From Squalus acanthias (lineage: Eukaryota), in contig CM059432.1 of NCBI GenBank assembly GCA_030390025.1, positions 102,860,001-102,924,000 on the forward strand: a stretch of DNA of 64,000 nucleotides. Reading direction: 5' to 3'. The notes under the pieces were generated by a model. That model saw nothing but the letters and a program-made list of their open reading frames with translations. It ran no database searches and was not told the DNA's origin. The translations under genes were made by a program, and so were the position numbers. Positions 1 through 13,476 of the stretch are shown here, piece by piece (position 1 is the first letter of the stretch; each line of letters starts with the position of its first letter).

Positions 1-797
1 CTCCCTCTAAGCATCTATGCGATGGATTCTCTACACTCACTCCAACATTCTCACTCAAACTCCACTTGTGTCCCTCATTGCAGGAAAAGAGAGCCCACAA
101 TAAGAGGGAGAGGGGGAGGACAGGAGGAGGGCCATCTTCGATTGCCCACTTGACCACCACTGAGGAGGCTACTCTTGACATCGTCGGAGGTGCTGAGGAT
201 CTGGAAGTGGGGGACGGAGAGACGGGCGCAGTAGAGCAAGCTGGTGACAGAATAGATATGCTATTGTATATATGTCAGTTGAGGAATAGATGTTATAAGC
301 TCTCAGGCAATGTGGGGAGAGGGTTTTCCAAGGAGGTCACAGTGCATATGGATCTCAGCTTAACCACTTACAAGCTCAATAGACCTGCTAAAAGTGTTCC
401 AACACCTCAAAAATCAAAGTTCTGTCATCTGAAAGTCAGCCATGTTACAGGTCCGCTTTTATGCTGCAGGTGCAGCTGTCAAGAATTCAGGTACTTGCTG
501 AACCCGACACAATCAGCTGGCGTGTTTTGCGAACGGCGTGGAACATGCTGAAAATCTCCTAAAATGGGAAGAGCCTCCTAAAATCGGATTATGTAGGCAG
601 TTAACAAGCTGTTAACTGCCTTAAGTGCCTCTCTTGCCTCTTGGTGGCGGGCCTGATCGGGACTCCAAGAGCCGACACTTGGCAAAGTTGCGTGGAGGCG
701 GGTTGACAGTGGATTCGGAACCTGCCATCAATCAACACGAATTTAACCTCTGACCCGCCTCCAAATCCACCCTCTGAGCGCTGGCAAAATCGCAGCC
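1..797 (+). mobile_element. Right end of a PIF/Harbinger-derived element with a remnant Myb/SANT-gene exon (left end outside window)
   Basis: Exon-like 84-243 (ttgcag|...|gt) encodes EKRAHNKRERGRTGGGP...EEATLDIVG, matching exon 2 of the other Myb/SANT genes here. Ends in AAAATCGCAGCC, the reverse complement of the GGCTGCGATTTT terminus at 34937. Confidence 0.7.
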
Positions 798-801
798 TTA
801 A

Positions 802-1340
802 GGTGCTGTGAACAGTTCTGGTCTCCATATTATAAAAAGGATATAGAGGCACTGGAGAAGGTGTAAAAAGGATTCATAATGATGATACCAGAACTGAGAG
901 GATATACTTATCAGGAAAGGCTGAACAGGCTGGGGGTCTTTTCTCTAGGAAAGAGAAGGCTGAGGGGTGGCCTAATAGAAGTCTTTAAAATTATGAAGAG
1001 GTCTGATAGGGTAGATGTAGAGAAGATGTTTACACTTGTGGAGGAGACCAAGACCAGGGGCCATAAATATAAGATAGTCACAAATAAATCCAATAGGGAA
1101 TTCAGGGGAAACTTCTTTGCCCAAAATATTGGTAAGACTGTAGAACTCGCTACCACAAGGAGTAGTTGAGGGAAATAGCATAGATGCATTTAAGGAGAAG
1201 CTAGATAAACACATGAAGGAGAAAGGAATAGAAGGTTACGCTGATAGGGTTAGATGAAGTAGGATGGGAGGAGGCTCATGGGGAGCACAAATATCGGAAT
1301 AGACCAGTTTGGTCGAATGTTAGGCTGTACATTCTATGAA
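802..1340 (+). mobile_element. CR1 LINE 3' fragment (ORF2 C-terminus and 3' UTR), decayed
   Basis: ORF 879-1169 YQERLNRLGVFSLGKRRLRGGLIEVFKIMK...TRGHKYKI is the typical CR1 ORF2 C-terminus. Confidence 0.85.
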
Positions 1341-1395
1341 ACTTGAACTCTCTCCTCTGCTCAGCAGGACTATCTGGAGTAGGGCTTAATCCATA

Positions 1396-2910
1396 GGGGA
1401 AAAAATTCAGTACCTTAGCGCCTCCTGTTAGCACCAGCAGATGGGGGTAACGGGGTGCTGATGCAGTAGCGCCGGGGAGAGGCGAATCCAGCGACGCACG
1501 GCAAATCTGGCCCCCCCCACACCCGTTGCGCCGCTGGTACGAGGTACTGCCGGGGACTTCAACGCCAGACAGATCATGACGTCAGTGAGCGGAATGCTCA
1601 CTGGCCGCCCGATCTGGAAAATTCATTGCCGCCACTTACCTTAGCGCCTCGATCAGACAGTGACAGGGAGAGCTGCTGTGCAGCTCCAGGAAGCTGGCAC
1701 CAGCAACGTTATTTAAAGGCATCAGCATTAATCACTCTCAGCAGGTTAGTTTCAATGGTTTGTTGTCAGTTTCACCGACTAGAACAGTTCCTATGAGTAA
1801 TTTCAAACTTCTTTTGTATCAGCAGTCTTCTAGCAACTAAAATGTAGCTACATTTATTCTTCAAAGATTCAAACTGCTACACTTGGTAACATTAATGGGG
1901 GCTGTACTACCACCTCGCCCTCCAGGATCTACAGCAGAGGGAGCATAGGCAGCGAGAAATACGGGAACATGTGCGCGGAGGGATGAGGAGGGACATCAGG
2001 GCTCACACAAGGAGGCCTTACCCTCTGAGGATATTCCGACAGCATTTCTCCTACCTTCAATTAAGCGACAAGCAGTGTATTAGACGGCTCCGCATCACCA
2101 AGGTGGTGGTCACAGACTCTGCCACCTCCTCCAAGCAGACCTCCAGCCTCACAGCGGGATGACTTAAACCCCAGATCCCTTTTGCTCACCACATTCCCAT
2201 CATGCCATCCCTGTGTCATGCCATATCACAGCATCCTCCTGGGCGCAAAGGTGAAATGAGAGAGACCACAAAATATTGCAAACTCCATTAATAAATTTAT
2301 GCATAAACATATCACACATATCACATTCATTCTAATAACTAATGACCCTTGTGCCTGCCATAGTTGAATAGCTGTCATTGTGTGCAAGGTGTGAGATGTG
2401 GGTGTGAGTGTTGGTAGGTGGCGTTTGTTGGTGGGTGAGCGCTGGGGGTCTGGTGCTTTGGGCAGTGTGTGAAGCTTGTGGTACAGATGGTGGTATGTAG
2501 CATTTGTTGAAGTATTCAATCACCCTGACCACCCGACTGAGGTGGATCTGCCATGAGCACACCTGCTTCAGTCCTCCGGCTCCTTCTTCTCCTTGTGCTT
2601 CTCCTTGCTGAGGCAGCTGCACAGCCAGCAATGCTGAGAATGAGGTGCTGCAGTATCAATGAATCCCCCTTTAAGTACTGGGAAAAGTCTGTAGCAATAA
2701 TGAGTTGCGATTAGACTGCACCCGATATTGTTCCACCCTTTCAGTGTAACGCCAATGAGCTGGGCCTTTAAAACTTGAATTAGCTCTAATAATTTCTTTG
2801 ATCAGTGAGAATAAATTTTGCATGCAGTCTAAAGCATTAGTGCCTGGCGCTAATTGTCTAACTTTTCTAATGATACCGCCCATTCCTGGGATATAATGAA
2901 TTTCTAGCCT
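1396..2910 (+). mobile_element. Internally deleted Harbinger element
   Basis: Termini GGGGAAAAAATT / AATTTCTAGCCT with ATA on both sides. Transposase N-terminal remnant (RRPYPLRIFRQHFSYLQLSDKQCIRRLR, about 1895-2155) followed by minus-strand Myb-gene intron remnant. Confidence 0.75.
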
Positions 2911-5387
2911 ATAAACTTCTAACTCAGAGGCAGGAATGCTACCACTGAGCCACGGCCCACTCCTTTGTAAACCAGCTGATCTTAATTTATATCCTTAGAG
3001 GGCAGAAATTTTCCACTTACTGGTCTCTAAACATTGAAATTTCTAACTGTTGAAAGAGTGCTCTGCCAATGCAAGTGCAAAGTTCTCCCTTAAAAAGGAC
3101 AGTTAAAGTTCCATCCAGCAAAGAGCCAAGCAATGTAAATATAGGGGTTAATTTTGACTTTGGGTGATAGTGAAAATCAGGAGAGATGTATAACGGGTGG
3201 CTGAACCAATATTGCCCGTTTTATACTATTACCCAGCCAAAATTAACTGCTATGGTACTGCCTGGCAGGAAGCGTAGCTACTGGTTTCAGAGTGATAGCT
3301 GCACTGTAAATGCACCACAAGTCAATTTGTCTCTCCAAGGGAAGGGAATTAAAATGGGGATTTGCTATAGATCATCAGTGAAACTCATGTAAATTATTTG
3401 AGCAAATATGGAAGGGAATCCAATCTTTAGAAAATGTTAACAGCAGGAACATTACACTTCTACAGCTGTTGAGAGGATATCCGAGGGTCTGAAAAATATT
3501 TAATGCAATTATAAATGAAGTAATTCAAGAATCATGAGCATCTAGCCAAAGCAAAGGAAATACATATAAGTTGACAGCTCATGAAAGACAGATCATTGCT
3601 AACAACTGTGTTGAAATTAAATGGGGATGTAACAGAGCTACTTTTCGTTTGATACTTATTACTGGGGGGGGAACATTGACGAGCAAAATGCTAACTAAAC
3701 AACTTCACCACAGCTGCAGAGTGTTGTATGTCGCCAGATGTGTTTCTTAAGTTTGTTCTTTACGTCTTTGTCAATTATAAACCAATGTGAAGTCATAGGA
3801 CAGGTTAGCACTCAAAATAAAATATTACTATAAGCTGAAGTACAGTAAAAATAGAATTTGCAAATCTTACATTTCCTTAAGTAGTCCAAGTTGTGTTTCA
3901 ACCCAATTTAATTTGAAGTTGAAAATGTAATTTCTGCTAGCGTTGCACTATTTAACCTTACCGTTGTAACCCTATTTCTACATCAGTTCAAGGATTCCAG
4001 TAGCATTAAGCTCTTTATAGTAAATTCATAACATTTACTGCGACATCGGAAGTTATTTGAAAAAACCTGTAACAATCCATCAATGGGTCCATCAAATTTT
4101 CTATTGCTGGAAATGTATTATTTACTGCAGCTAACTGGTGCACTTCAAACTTTTGAAACATGGAATACATTGGGGATTGTGCTTTCTTGTTATATTTAGC
4201 TGATATTTTCATGATTACATTATCTTTAACTATTATTGCTTTTACTTTTGAACCTAGTTGCTCGCAAAATTTTGACTTCAAATACATGGAAACTGTTTCA
4301 AACAATTATTACCTTACGAGTACTTCTCCAACTGTTAATGTTAGTTAACTTTGATTTTGTCTAATGTCAACTTCTTAAACAAATTAAACTGTTCCAGTAA
4401 TATTTTCCATGGCAGTTGCCAATTACATAGTAAACAGACTGATTATATGCCTGAACTGGAATTACAAGGCCTTTTGGATAAACTGATTTTCTCCATTTGC
4501 ATGGAGCTATTACACACAAATATTGCACACGCCAGTGCAGAATTACAGAACTTCTCATCGGGTAAATGGTCAAATAGCTCCTTAAGAAGTACATTATAAT
4601 TAACCTATTCCCTCTAGTAAGTTTGTGTTTCACAAAATCCACCACAATAAAATCACACCGAATTATAATTGCCATTTAAATCTACCAAAAATAGAATATT
4701 TCAACCTTTGTTTGAAAAAGAGGAAAGTTTCACCTTATGAATTAAATGTAATTTCAATAATACCTTCTTATCATTGAAATGTGTTATCTGGAAGCATTCA
4801 AAATAGTTTGCAAATCTAAACTATTATTTCTTGCCTCTACAGAAGCAGATCGTGAGCACTTAAATATTTTCTGAAAGAGAAGAAACATTGGCCTAGAAAT
4901 TCAGGGGTTTAGCCCCGGCCGTTAAGGCCCATTTTGATGAAAAAACAATGGACGGCTCGCTTCCGCCGGCTTCTGGCGGGTCCCGCGGCGGCCGCCATTT
5001 TCAGCAGGTCGGCAGGTCGGCAGCGCTGTCGATGCCAGCGCTCGCTAGAAAAATGGAAATAAGACAGATCATGACGTCAATGAGTGTTCAACGCTCATTG
5101 ACGCACGATCTGCCATTTTTGTCATCACCGCTCCACTAACCGCCCTCTCCTAATCACGATCAGCTGACCAAGCATTCAGCAGCAGGAAGGAGCCCCCAAC
5201 AGCGCTATTTAAAGGGATTATCAACAAAAACTTGCAGCTGACATGCTTTTTCAGTTTGACTGGCTCTGGTTAAGTTTCTGAAACTCTTGCAGCTTTCTAA
5301 ACTTGTTTCACATTCCTGAGGTGACAGGGAGTGTTGTTGCAAGTGGAGAACGCCATGATTCTCATTTAAAGGCTTCTGCTCACAGTC

Positions 5388-5965
5388 ATGAGGACTCTAC
5401 TTGTAGTCCCTCTCGTGCTCGAGTATCTTCGGAAGAGGGAGCAGAGGCAGCGAAGAAGAGGAGAAGATGCTCGCAGAAGGAGGAGGAGGAGGGTTAGGAG
5501 GGCTCTCAACACGAGGCCTTACCCACCTAGGGTCTTCCAAAAGCACTTCTCTTACCTCCACTTAAGCGAGGAGCAGTGTATTAGGAGGCTCTGCTTCACC
5601 AAGGTGATGATCACAGAACTCTGCCACCTCCTGCAACCAGACCTGCAGCCTCAGAGCAGGGTGACCACAGCTCTCCCAGTGGCCCTCAAGGTCACCATGG
5701 CCCTCGACTTCTTCGCCAACAGATCTTGTCTGACTGCAGCAGGAGACATCTCACAGTTCGCCATCCATCGCTGCATCCGGGAGGTCACAGTGGCTCTCTA
5801 CTCTAGGAGAAGGGACTACATTGTATACAGAGAGAAGCAGGATGAGTGCACATGGGACTTTTCCAGGATAGTGGGCTTCCCCATGGTGCAGGGCGCCATC
5901 AGCTGCACACACGTGGCTTTGCAGGCACTGCATACCAATCCTAAGATGTTCCGTAACTACAGGGG
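5388..5965 (+). pseudogene. HARBI1-like Harbinger transposase, N-terminal half
   Basis: RPYPPRVF...LSEEQCIRRL...ALKVTMALDFFA...GFPMVQGAISCTHV (first catalytic Asp changed to Ser). Homology stops after MFRNYRG. Confidence 0.85.
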
Positions 5966-7746
5966 AGACTACAGATGGCCTTGCAGGACGACCTCGACCA
6001 GCTGTGGACCTAGAAATCCCGGCTGTAGACTGCACCACCTTGGCATGGGCGGCAGCAGTCTGGACTGGCTGGCTGACAGACAGTGACAAGGGCAATGGTG
6101 GAGTGGCAGTGGTGGGTGTAGGGATGCTGTCATCCTGAGAGAGGACAGCAGGTTCTTGCTTCACTGACCCACTGCCACTCCCCCAGGGTGGTTCCTCAGC
6201 ATTCCTAGCAATCAGTTGGAGGACAGATTGCTGGCCTGCTGCAACACACTGCAAGCGCCTTTTGACACTCGTAAACCCAGCGATGATGGCAGCAGTCTGA
6301 GCATGTGTGGCAGCAAGCTGAGCCTGCAGGAGAGCAGTCTGTGCTTCCGCTGCAGCACTGAGACGTTGGGTCGTTTCTCCCTGTGCTGCAATGGAAGCCC
6401 CGACATCGCCCATTACACACAGAATCATGGCTGGGTCCACAAGTTCTCTCCTGGAGTTGTCCATCATTTCCATACTGAAATCATGGGCTCCAAGATCTGC
6501 GCAAAGCCCCGTCCAATGTTGGAACCGGACTGCTCGATGCTCCTTGACACTGACAAGAGGCTCTCTGGCAGGCTTGCCATTGCACCTAGGATTTCTGTGT
6601 GCATGCCCATCACTCTTCATCGAGGTCATCATCTGAGTCATGTGCAGAAGAACTCGTTCGTGAACTCGCCCTCTGTGGTGCTGGCCCCTGAGCTACCCTT
6701 TCCACCTGGCCTTGCTACAGCCCACTCGTGCCCGGTGCCTCACCATGTGCAGATCCCACCTCTATACTACCCTCTAAATTATGCGCAGTGCCAGTTTCTG
6801 AGCTGGTGCCTGTGAGTGTCAGATGCAGTGCTGATGTGAATTCTTCTTCTCCTCCATCACTCTCCTCCACAAGTTCAGGGACAGGCTGGCCTGCTGGCAG
6901 TTCTTGGGTATCTGAAAGCCGAAAGGCACAAGGGTCGGGTTGTGGTGAGGGGAGGGGGGAAGCAAGATATCCATGCAGACACCATCAGCAGCTGGTCAGT
7001 GCGAAGAGATTGTGGGATGAGGGAAAGTGGGATGTGAGAAGAAGGATTAGGTATGAGTATACCATCATTATCAGCAACAGCTTCAACTTCTCCGCTGGCC
7101 ACGGACTCCGTCACTGCCCCTCCAATAAGTTGAAGCACCGATTCCTCCAGGTCAGTGAGGTTCTGTATTGTGGCTTGGCCACCTCCCAGCTGCCGTTGCT
7201 CCCTCCTGTTGCCACCTTTGCCTGCAAGAGAAAGGGAAGTGTGTCAGTGAGTATGGAGCAATGTGTTTGGGTGATGTGCCTGCCATAGTTGAATAGCTGT
7301 CAGTGTGTGCAAGGTGTGAGATGTGGGTGTGAGTGTTGCAGCAGTGGTAAGATTGTGAGGGTGAAGTGAAGCCATGAGTTTGAGGTATGAGTGGTGATAG
7401 GTAGAGATTGTTGGTAGGTGAGTGATGGGGGTGTGGTGCATTGAGCAGTTTGTGAGGCTTGTGGTGGAAATGGTGGGATACAGCATTTGCTGAAGGCTTC
7501 ACTCACCTTGACCTGCCATGTGAGGTCATTAAACTTTATTTGGCACTGGATCCCGGTCCTTGAGATCACACTGGTGGCCGTGACAGAGTCAGCTATCTCC
7601 TCCCATAGCCTTCTGCAAATGGTCTTGAATGGCCTCCTGTCGCCTTGCTTGTACAGGACAGCCTGCCTTCATCGCACGGCCATGACCAAGGCCTCCAGTG
7701 CAGCATCTGAAAACCTTCTTGCTCGCTCCCTTGGTTGCTGAGCCAT
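5966..7746 (-). pseudogene. Spliced Myb/SANT-like DNA-binding gene of Harbinger
   Basis: Exon 1 7746-7507 reads MAQQPRERARRFSDAALEALV...LWEEIADSV...RTGIQCQIKFNDL, with an internal stop and GTGAGT donor. Exon 2 about 7221-7062; Ala/Gln-rich exon 3 below about 6910. Confidence 0.8.
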
Positions 7747-8638
7747 GGCTTGCTCTACAATGACAATGAGGTGCTTCTGCAACAAAGCACCTCCCCTTTG
7801 AGTAGCGCAGAGAGCCTCGGCCAAACATTACTGGCCATTAGACTGCACCTGATATATGTCCCCCCTTTCACTCTTAGTCAAACAGCAGCGCGCTTAGTGC
7901 TGAGATCAGCGTTCCAATCATTATAATCAACAGGCAGCACGGATTTTGCGTCCTACCTGCACCACTTTGAACGGGCACAGGCAAATAGTGCTGGTCCTCG
8001 ACACCGCCTGTTTTCAGGCCATATCCAATTTCTAGGCCATTATCTTAAATACATATTGACCAACTCTGTTACATTCCTAATGAATTCCAATACATTTGTT
8101 CGCTACAACCTGCCTCTCATGAACTCATGTAAGATTGTATTTATTACTTTTACTCTGACTAGATGTTCTTGATTCCTAAATTGCTATTGCAATATCAGAT
8201 GCCTGAGTTTGTCTTCTTCTCTCACTTGCTTTAATATATATCCCTCTATAATCTCCTCTTTTATTCATTTCATCGTGTCATTTCCACCAAACCAGCCAGT
8301 AAGAGTGGCACTGCTATTGTGTAGCAGAAGGACTTCACTTTGGTTGAGGCCAAAAGACAATTATCTCACCCTCATCTCACCTCACCGGAGATCATTATCA
8401 CATCGTCAAACGGCAACACATCATCTCACAGACAATCAGATTAAGAGTCACACACAAACTGTTGATTAATGATCAATGATCAATTAAGTTCTTATGTTCT
8501 TATGATCAATCTGTCTCTTAACAGCATTGATTGGCCGTCTGTGTATTTCCGGCATTTCTACATTCAAAATGTAAATAGGTAGATTCCCGATTTAATGAGA
8601 AGTAGAAGTAAATAGCTGTTGTGCAGAAGAAAAGAGAC

Positions 8639-9538
8639 GGGGGAGAAATTCAGTATCGCCCCATTTGGGGCGCAATTATCGGCCGGGCGCAAAGATTAGC
8701 GCCTGGCGCTAATTATCGCCTCCGACTGCAAACTTGACTTTTATTGCCCCTGGAGGTGATTGGAGCGCTAAATCAGGCGCTTCACACCTGTCTTAAGGCG
8801 CAAAGGCCGAGGAGCGAGGAGCGAGGCGCTACCTCAGAGCGCTGGCGAAGCTCATGTGATGTCAGTCAGCAATGGAACACACACACAATGGTGCCGGCCA
8901 GTTCTTAAAGGGGAGGGTTGATCTTGCTTTCCATCCACATCCTGCTCATTGCAGCCTTGAATCTTGGCCTGGAGAGACCTGTACATCAAATCTGCTGGAA
9001 AGAACAATGGAGAGGACGAGGGAAAGAGCGCAGAGTGCAGCCCCCACAGTCTCTTCTAAATCGATACAAGGAAGGGCAAATCAAAATGAACCTGCAAAGT
9101 GCTGCTCAGTACCCAAAACTCCTTCACATAGCGTTGAATCTCTCCAGAAGTCTCTCTCTCTCCCTCTCAGAATGCGTGGTTCAAAAATGTCACCAACAAT
9201 AAAAGGCAGGAAGCGGTCGCCTTTAAATAGCGCTCCCCCAGTCCCTTCCTGACTGCAAAACGCTCCACTCAACCTGTCGTTGCTAGCGGCAGGCGGTAAG
9301 GCAGGGGGCGCCACTCAATATCCGCTCCGGGGCGCTACCGGGGCGTTGCACGCTCGACTGATGTCACGATCTGCCGGCGCAGGAGATCGTGGCGGTAGTG
9401 TTTAGTGCCGCCACAAAATGTATAGTTAATTTCGTGAGCGGCGCAAACATCGCCGCGCCCGGGCGCGAGTTGCTTTGCGCCCCATTAGCGCCCTCTTAAG
9501 GCGCTAACGGGAGGCGCAACCAACTGAATTTTTCCCCC
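8639..9538 (-). mobile_element. 900-bp Harbinger MITE, deletion derivative of the 15246-19483 family
   Basis: TIR GGGGGAGAAATTC...GAATTTTTCCCCC. The two halves align with 19483-19100 and 15728-15246. No clear TSD. Confidence 0.85.
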
Positions 9539-10889
9539 ATAATATCCAAAACATGGATGTAATTAAGGCATTGCTTGATGAATAAAGTGTCCTTACATTG
9601 TATGTACCTATGTCATGGTAGAAAAGTTGACTATGACTGAAATGGAATACAAATACAGTAGAACCTCAATTATCCTCATTCCAATGAGGCACCTTCTCAT
9701 TTATCCACCAAAATTTTCACTTGATCAAGCCTTACATGAAGCAGTAGCTCATTGCGCAGTTTGCTAACACCACTCCTCTCCTGCTTGAAACAAATCACCC
9801 TCAGAGCACAAGAAAGATTAAATTCAAATGTGTATTGTATTGTTTTCAGTCTTGTGCCGAGTATATTGCTGCATCATACATGTAAGAGCAAAGACAGAGG
9901 ATCCTCAATTATTTTCCAATTTACATGACTGGCTAGTGAGTCCCCTCTATTGTGGCAGAAAGTGGACGCTCCACTGTACATTCAAGCATGGAATTTGGCA
10001 GCATTACAGAGGACCAAGCTCCACTGATGTGATAAATGTAAGCTGCAATCTTCTGCCTTCTCAGCATTGTAACTTTGTATCTGAGCTCTCTGCTGTACCA
10101 TATCATGCTATCATTCTTCTCAGATTTGTCACTGGTCTCTTGGAGCTAAGACTGTTATATTCAAAACAAATAATTTGAGAACATATCCCTTCAATATTTA
10201 GACGAAACAAATCTGGTTGCTTACTCCACTTCATAATGTTAGAACCTCATTAACATTGCATAATATGAAAGAAATGCAAGATCTTTATATTTCAGCTGCA
10301 ATTTATTATCTTATTTCAAAATAGACAAGCTGACTCCATAAACAGATTCCAGAGCCAAAATTTAAAATGCACAAGAAACTACAATCTGCTTTACATTGTT
10401 TGTAACTAATACCAATATAATATGTTTCTTTAAACCAAATGCTGTCAAATTTTATTAAAGGCTTTAAAGACAACTGATATTGAAAACATATGATCATTCA
10501 AGGCAATGATGGTGTTGGCAGACGGCAAATGCAATTAGAGTTACCTTCTTTTTTGTCAACAACAATACAATTACTTAAACAAAGAAAGAAAAACTTTTGC
10601 TTAGTCAGCCATATTCTATCTATTGCACTAGTTCTTACCACCAGGGGCCACCATTGACTTCTTGTGGCTCAGCCTCTGCCTCCCTCAGCTGATGTTTTCT
10701 CAGTACTCTGCACAGTGCTATACCCCTCTGACACTACCAAGAGAATAAAATGAAAATGTCATCCACCAGCAGGAGAGAGGTTCTGAAGGCATGCTGAATG
10801 TAAATGATATTATTACTTACATGTAATCCTGGAAAGAACAACATATAAAGCTATACATTGATCTCACCGCTGTTCACCATCGATATATT

Positions 10890-11642
10890 GGCCCAGATAT
10901 TCCGATCGCAGGCCTCCCGCGGGCGGAGGACTGTGATCTGGAAAAATCTGCGCCCTTACCTGAGGGCTCCCGGGAGGCACACAGTTCCGCTGCTGGGCCT
11001 CTCCAAACTGCCGGTGTGCAGGGCCCACGTATCCCAGAGGCGCATGTAGTTCGCAGGTCCCCTGGGATCACGTGGGCCATGGGGAGCCAATCAAAGATGG
11101 AAATCTCCCTTCATACATTTGACAGGAAGACCTGTCAATTATATGAATGGAGATCACCCCCAAAACATAGTAAAACTTCAAATACATTTTTTTTAATCAC
11201 ATTTTTAAAATGACTTGAATATACATAAATTAACTATTTTAAACAAAAATTTAAATTTTTGAAAAAAATAATTAAAGTTTTTAACGCGGCTAAAAATAAA
11301 CTTACCTTTCTTTAAAGTATTTTTAAATGATAAATCAGTGGAAATTTAAAAAAAAAAAATTTTCAACTCTTATCCTGGTAAAAGCAGGCCTTACGCCTGC
11401 TTTTACCAGGCGCAAGAATTGTAAGTGTTTTCTGCGGGCGGAGGGTCTCCAAAAAGCGGAACTCTCCACCCGCAGAGGCCCTTCTCCCAGGCAGCCAGAG
11501 GATCTGTCAAGAGCTTTCTTGACAGATCGGAAATGCCGGTTTCCAGCACATGCGCTGTGCATGCCTAAAACCGGCATTTCCAATGTCCCTACGGGTGAGT
11601 ACACAGCGCGTACACACCCGTAGGGACCGGAATATCCGGCCC
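10890..11642. mobile_element. Harbinger-type MITE (same family as 45308-46072, opposite orientation)
   Basis: TIR GGCCCAGATATT / AATATCCGGCCC; flanks ATT/AAT; GC-rich ends with an AT-rich core. Confidence 0.8.
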
Positions 11643-12314
11643 AATATACGTAAAAATACTGCATCTAGTGTGCATTTTGTCCAGCACACTTCAAGCATCA
11701 CACTTTTCTATAAGCATTTTCTGTGTTTGAAATACCTCTAAAATGTTTTTCGTTGGACACCTGTGTCTATATGAGATACCTAAACCTGAAGAGCATGCAG
11801 ATTGCCATTGTCCACTGACTATATAAAGTATTAGCCTGTAGCTCCCAGCATTTACCTGTGTCTACAGCTTCCCCAAATGTTATGATTGACAGCAACACTT
11901 GGCATTTACAGAGGCCCCCCCTACAATGGAAAACTACTGGGAATGAAAACTAATTTTTAGGAGCAACTGGAATTTGTTTCTGTATAACACATCGGAATAA
12001 GGAAAAGTATGAACTCCAATTTTATCTGAGGTGGTTTTGAAAAGAAAGCACTGCATACTGTGTACTAACATGCCTCCTGCAAATGCAGTCAGCAATTACA
12101 ATAAGACGGCAGATCAGAACCTGTTGAGTGAGGAAGTCTTTATATTATGTGACTTTATATTATATAAAGTTATCTAAATGGTAACAGCAGCTATCTTTTT
12201 TAATTTATGCTTATCATTGCTCATATAAAATGTAGCAAAATCTGGAAGAACTATACCACTATTCACATGTTCTAATTAAAAGTTTTGATTTAAGCATACA
12301 TGTTTAAGTAGATT

Positions 12315-12630
12315 GGGGTAGAAATTGGTATGTGTCGTGCCCATTTTTCAGGTGTAAAATGGGCGTTAAACCTACTAAGTTTGGATCATTATGTCCTGCG
12401 TCTGATTCGCCCCCTAAGTGCGGCAAACCCAAAATTGGATCAGGCAGTATTTAGGTGTTGTGGGCGCCCACCTGAAATAGGCGTTAGGCCCCTTACGTAT
12501 GCTGATCAGGAGCCTAATGTCTATTTTAGGATCGCAATCTGATATTGGTCAAAATCTTGGCAGAGCTTGCACTGCACAAAGCTCCGACTAGTTTTTTGGG
12601 GGTTCACAGTGGCCTAACCAACAGTCCTTA
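12315..12630. mobile_element. Truncated Harbinger-type element end
   Basis: Starts GGGGTAGAAATTGG; resembles the reverse complement of 13820-13895 and 15010-15066. Confidence 0.55.
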
Positions 12631-13476
12631 AGTCATTATTGACTTGGAGTGAGTGAGGATAATACTATTTTCTAGGGACCAATGAAAAACACTTCATTTT
12701 CGCTAACTTCAAATCTCTTACAAACTTCTTTCCACATTCTTTTAGTGAAAATATGCACCCCTCCCCCACTTCAACAATCCCACTCCTCATCCCTGCAACA
12801 ATGCAATCACTATGAGCAATGCCACAGGAGATCTTTCAGTGGATCTAAAACAAATATTTGTGCCACTGATCTAAAATCTTCTTTGAAGCGGTTTAAACCT
12901 TGCTTTGATCACAATGGCTAGCTATTCCTTATGTTTAGTAAAGTGTAAATTTATAACAACAAACAACTTGCATTTATAAAGTGCCTTTAATGTAGTAAAA
13001 CGGTACTTAATATATCGCTGGATTTCTACAGGCTAAATATTGGCCACAGTGTTCGCAAACCTTTCTATTTGCATTGACTCGAACAGCCTAAAGAAGTGTT
13101 TTGTGCTCAAATACAAGAGTGTGATATGAAGCTTATGAAACAAGGCAGTTTGGGGAATTGGCTCAGCTGATTACAAGTAAAAGGAGAAACAAGATTTCTG
13201 AAACACAACTTTTGAAACAGGTCACTGCTTGAATATATTTGAAAATTTAGACTCTGTTTTTGTTTATGGCACAAGTGGTAGTCAAAGCATCTTTGTAAAT
13301 GAGCAAGGAATATGCCTTATTCAGTATTAGGAGCTTGCTTGTCCGTGGTCTCAATTTATAAAGGCAAGTTTGTGTTCCGAAGCAGATGATATGTAACCTT
13401 ATAATGTTCAGTCAAAACAACACACAGGTTGAAGATTTGGATTCAACTTTAAGTAACTAATTCTGGAGGATTCATT

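Larger units (their letters stand above)
4890..8038 (+). mobile_element. PIF/Harbinger element with convergent transposase and Myb/SANT genes, central deletion
   Basis: TIR GGCCTAGAAATT...AATTTCTAGGCC; ATT TSD at 4887-4889 and 8039-8041. Confidence 0.9.

Noticed and set aside
3871..4675. AT-rich ORFs 4015-4305 and 4367-4675 as host coding exons
   Set aside because: No recognisable domain, no consistent frame or splice pattern.
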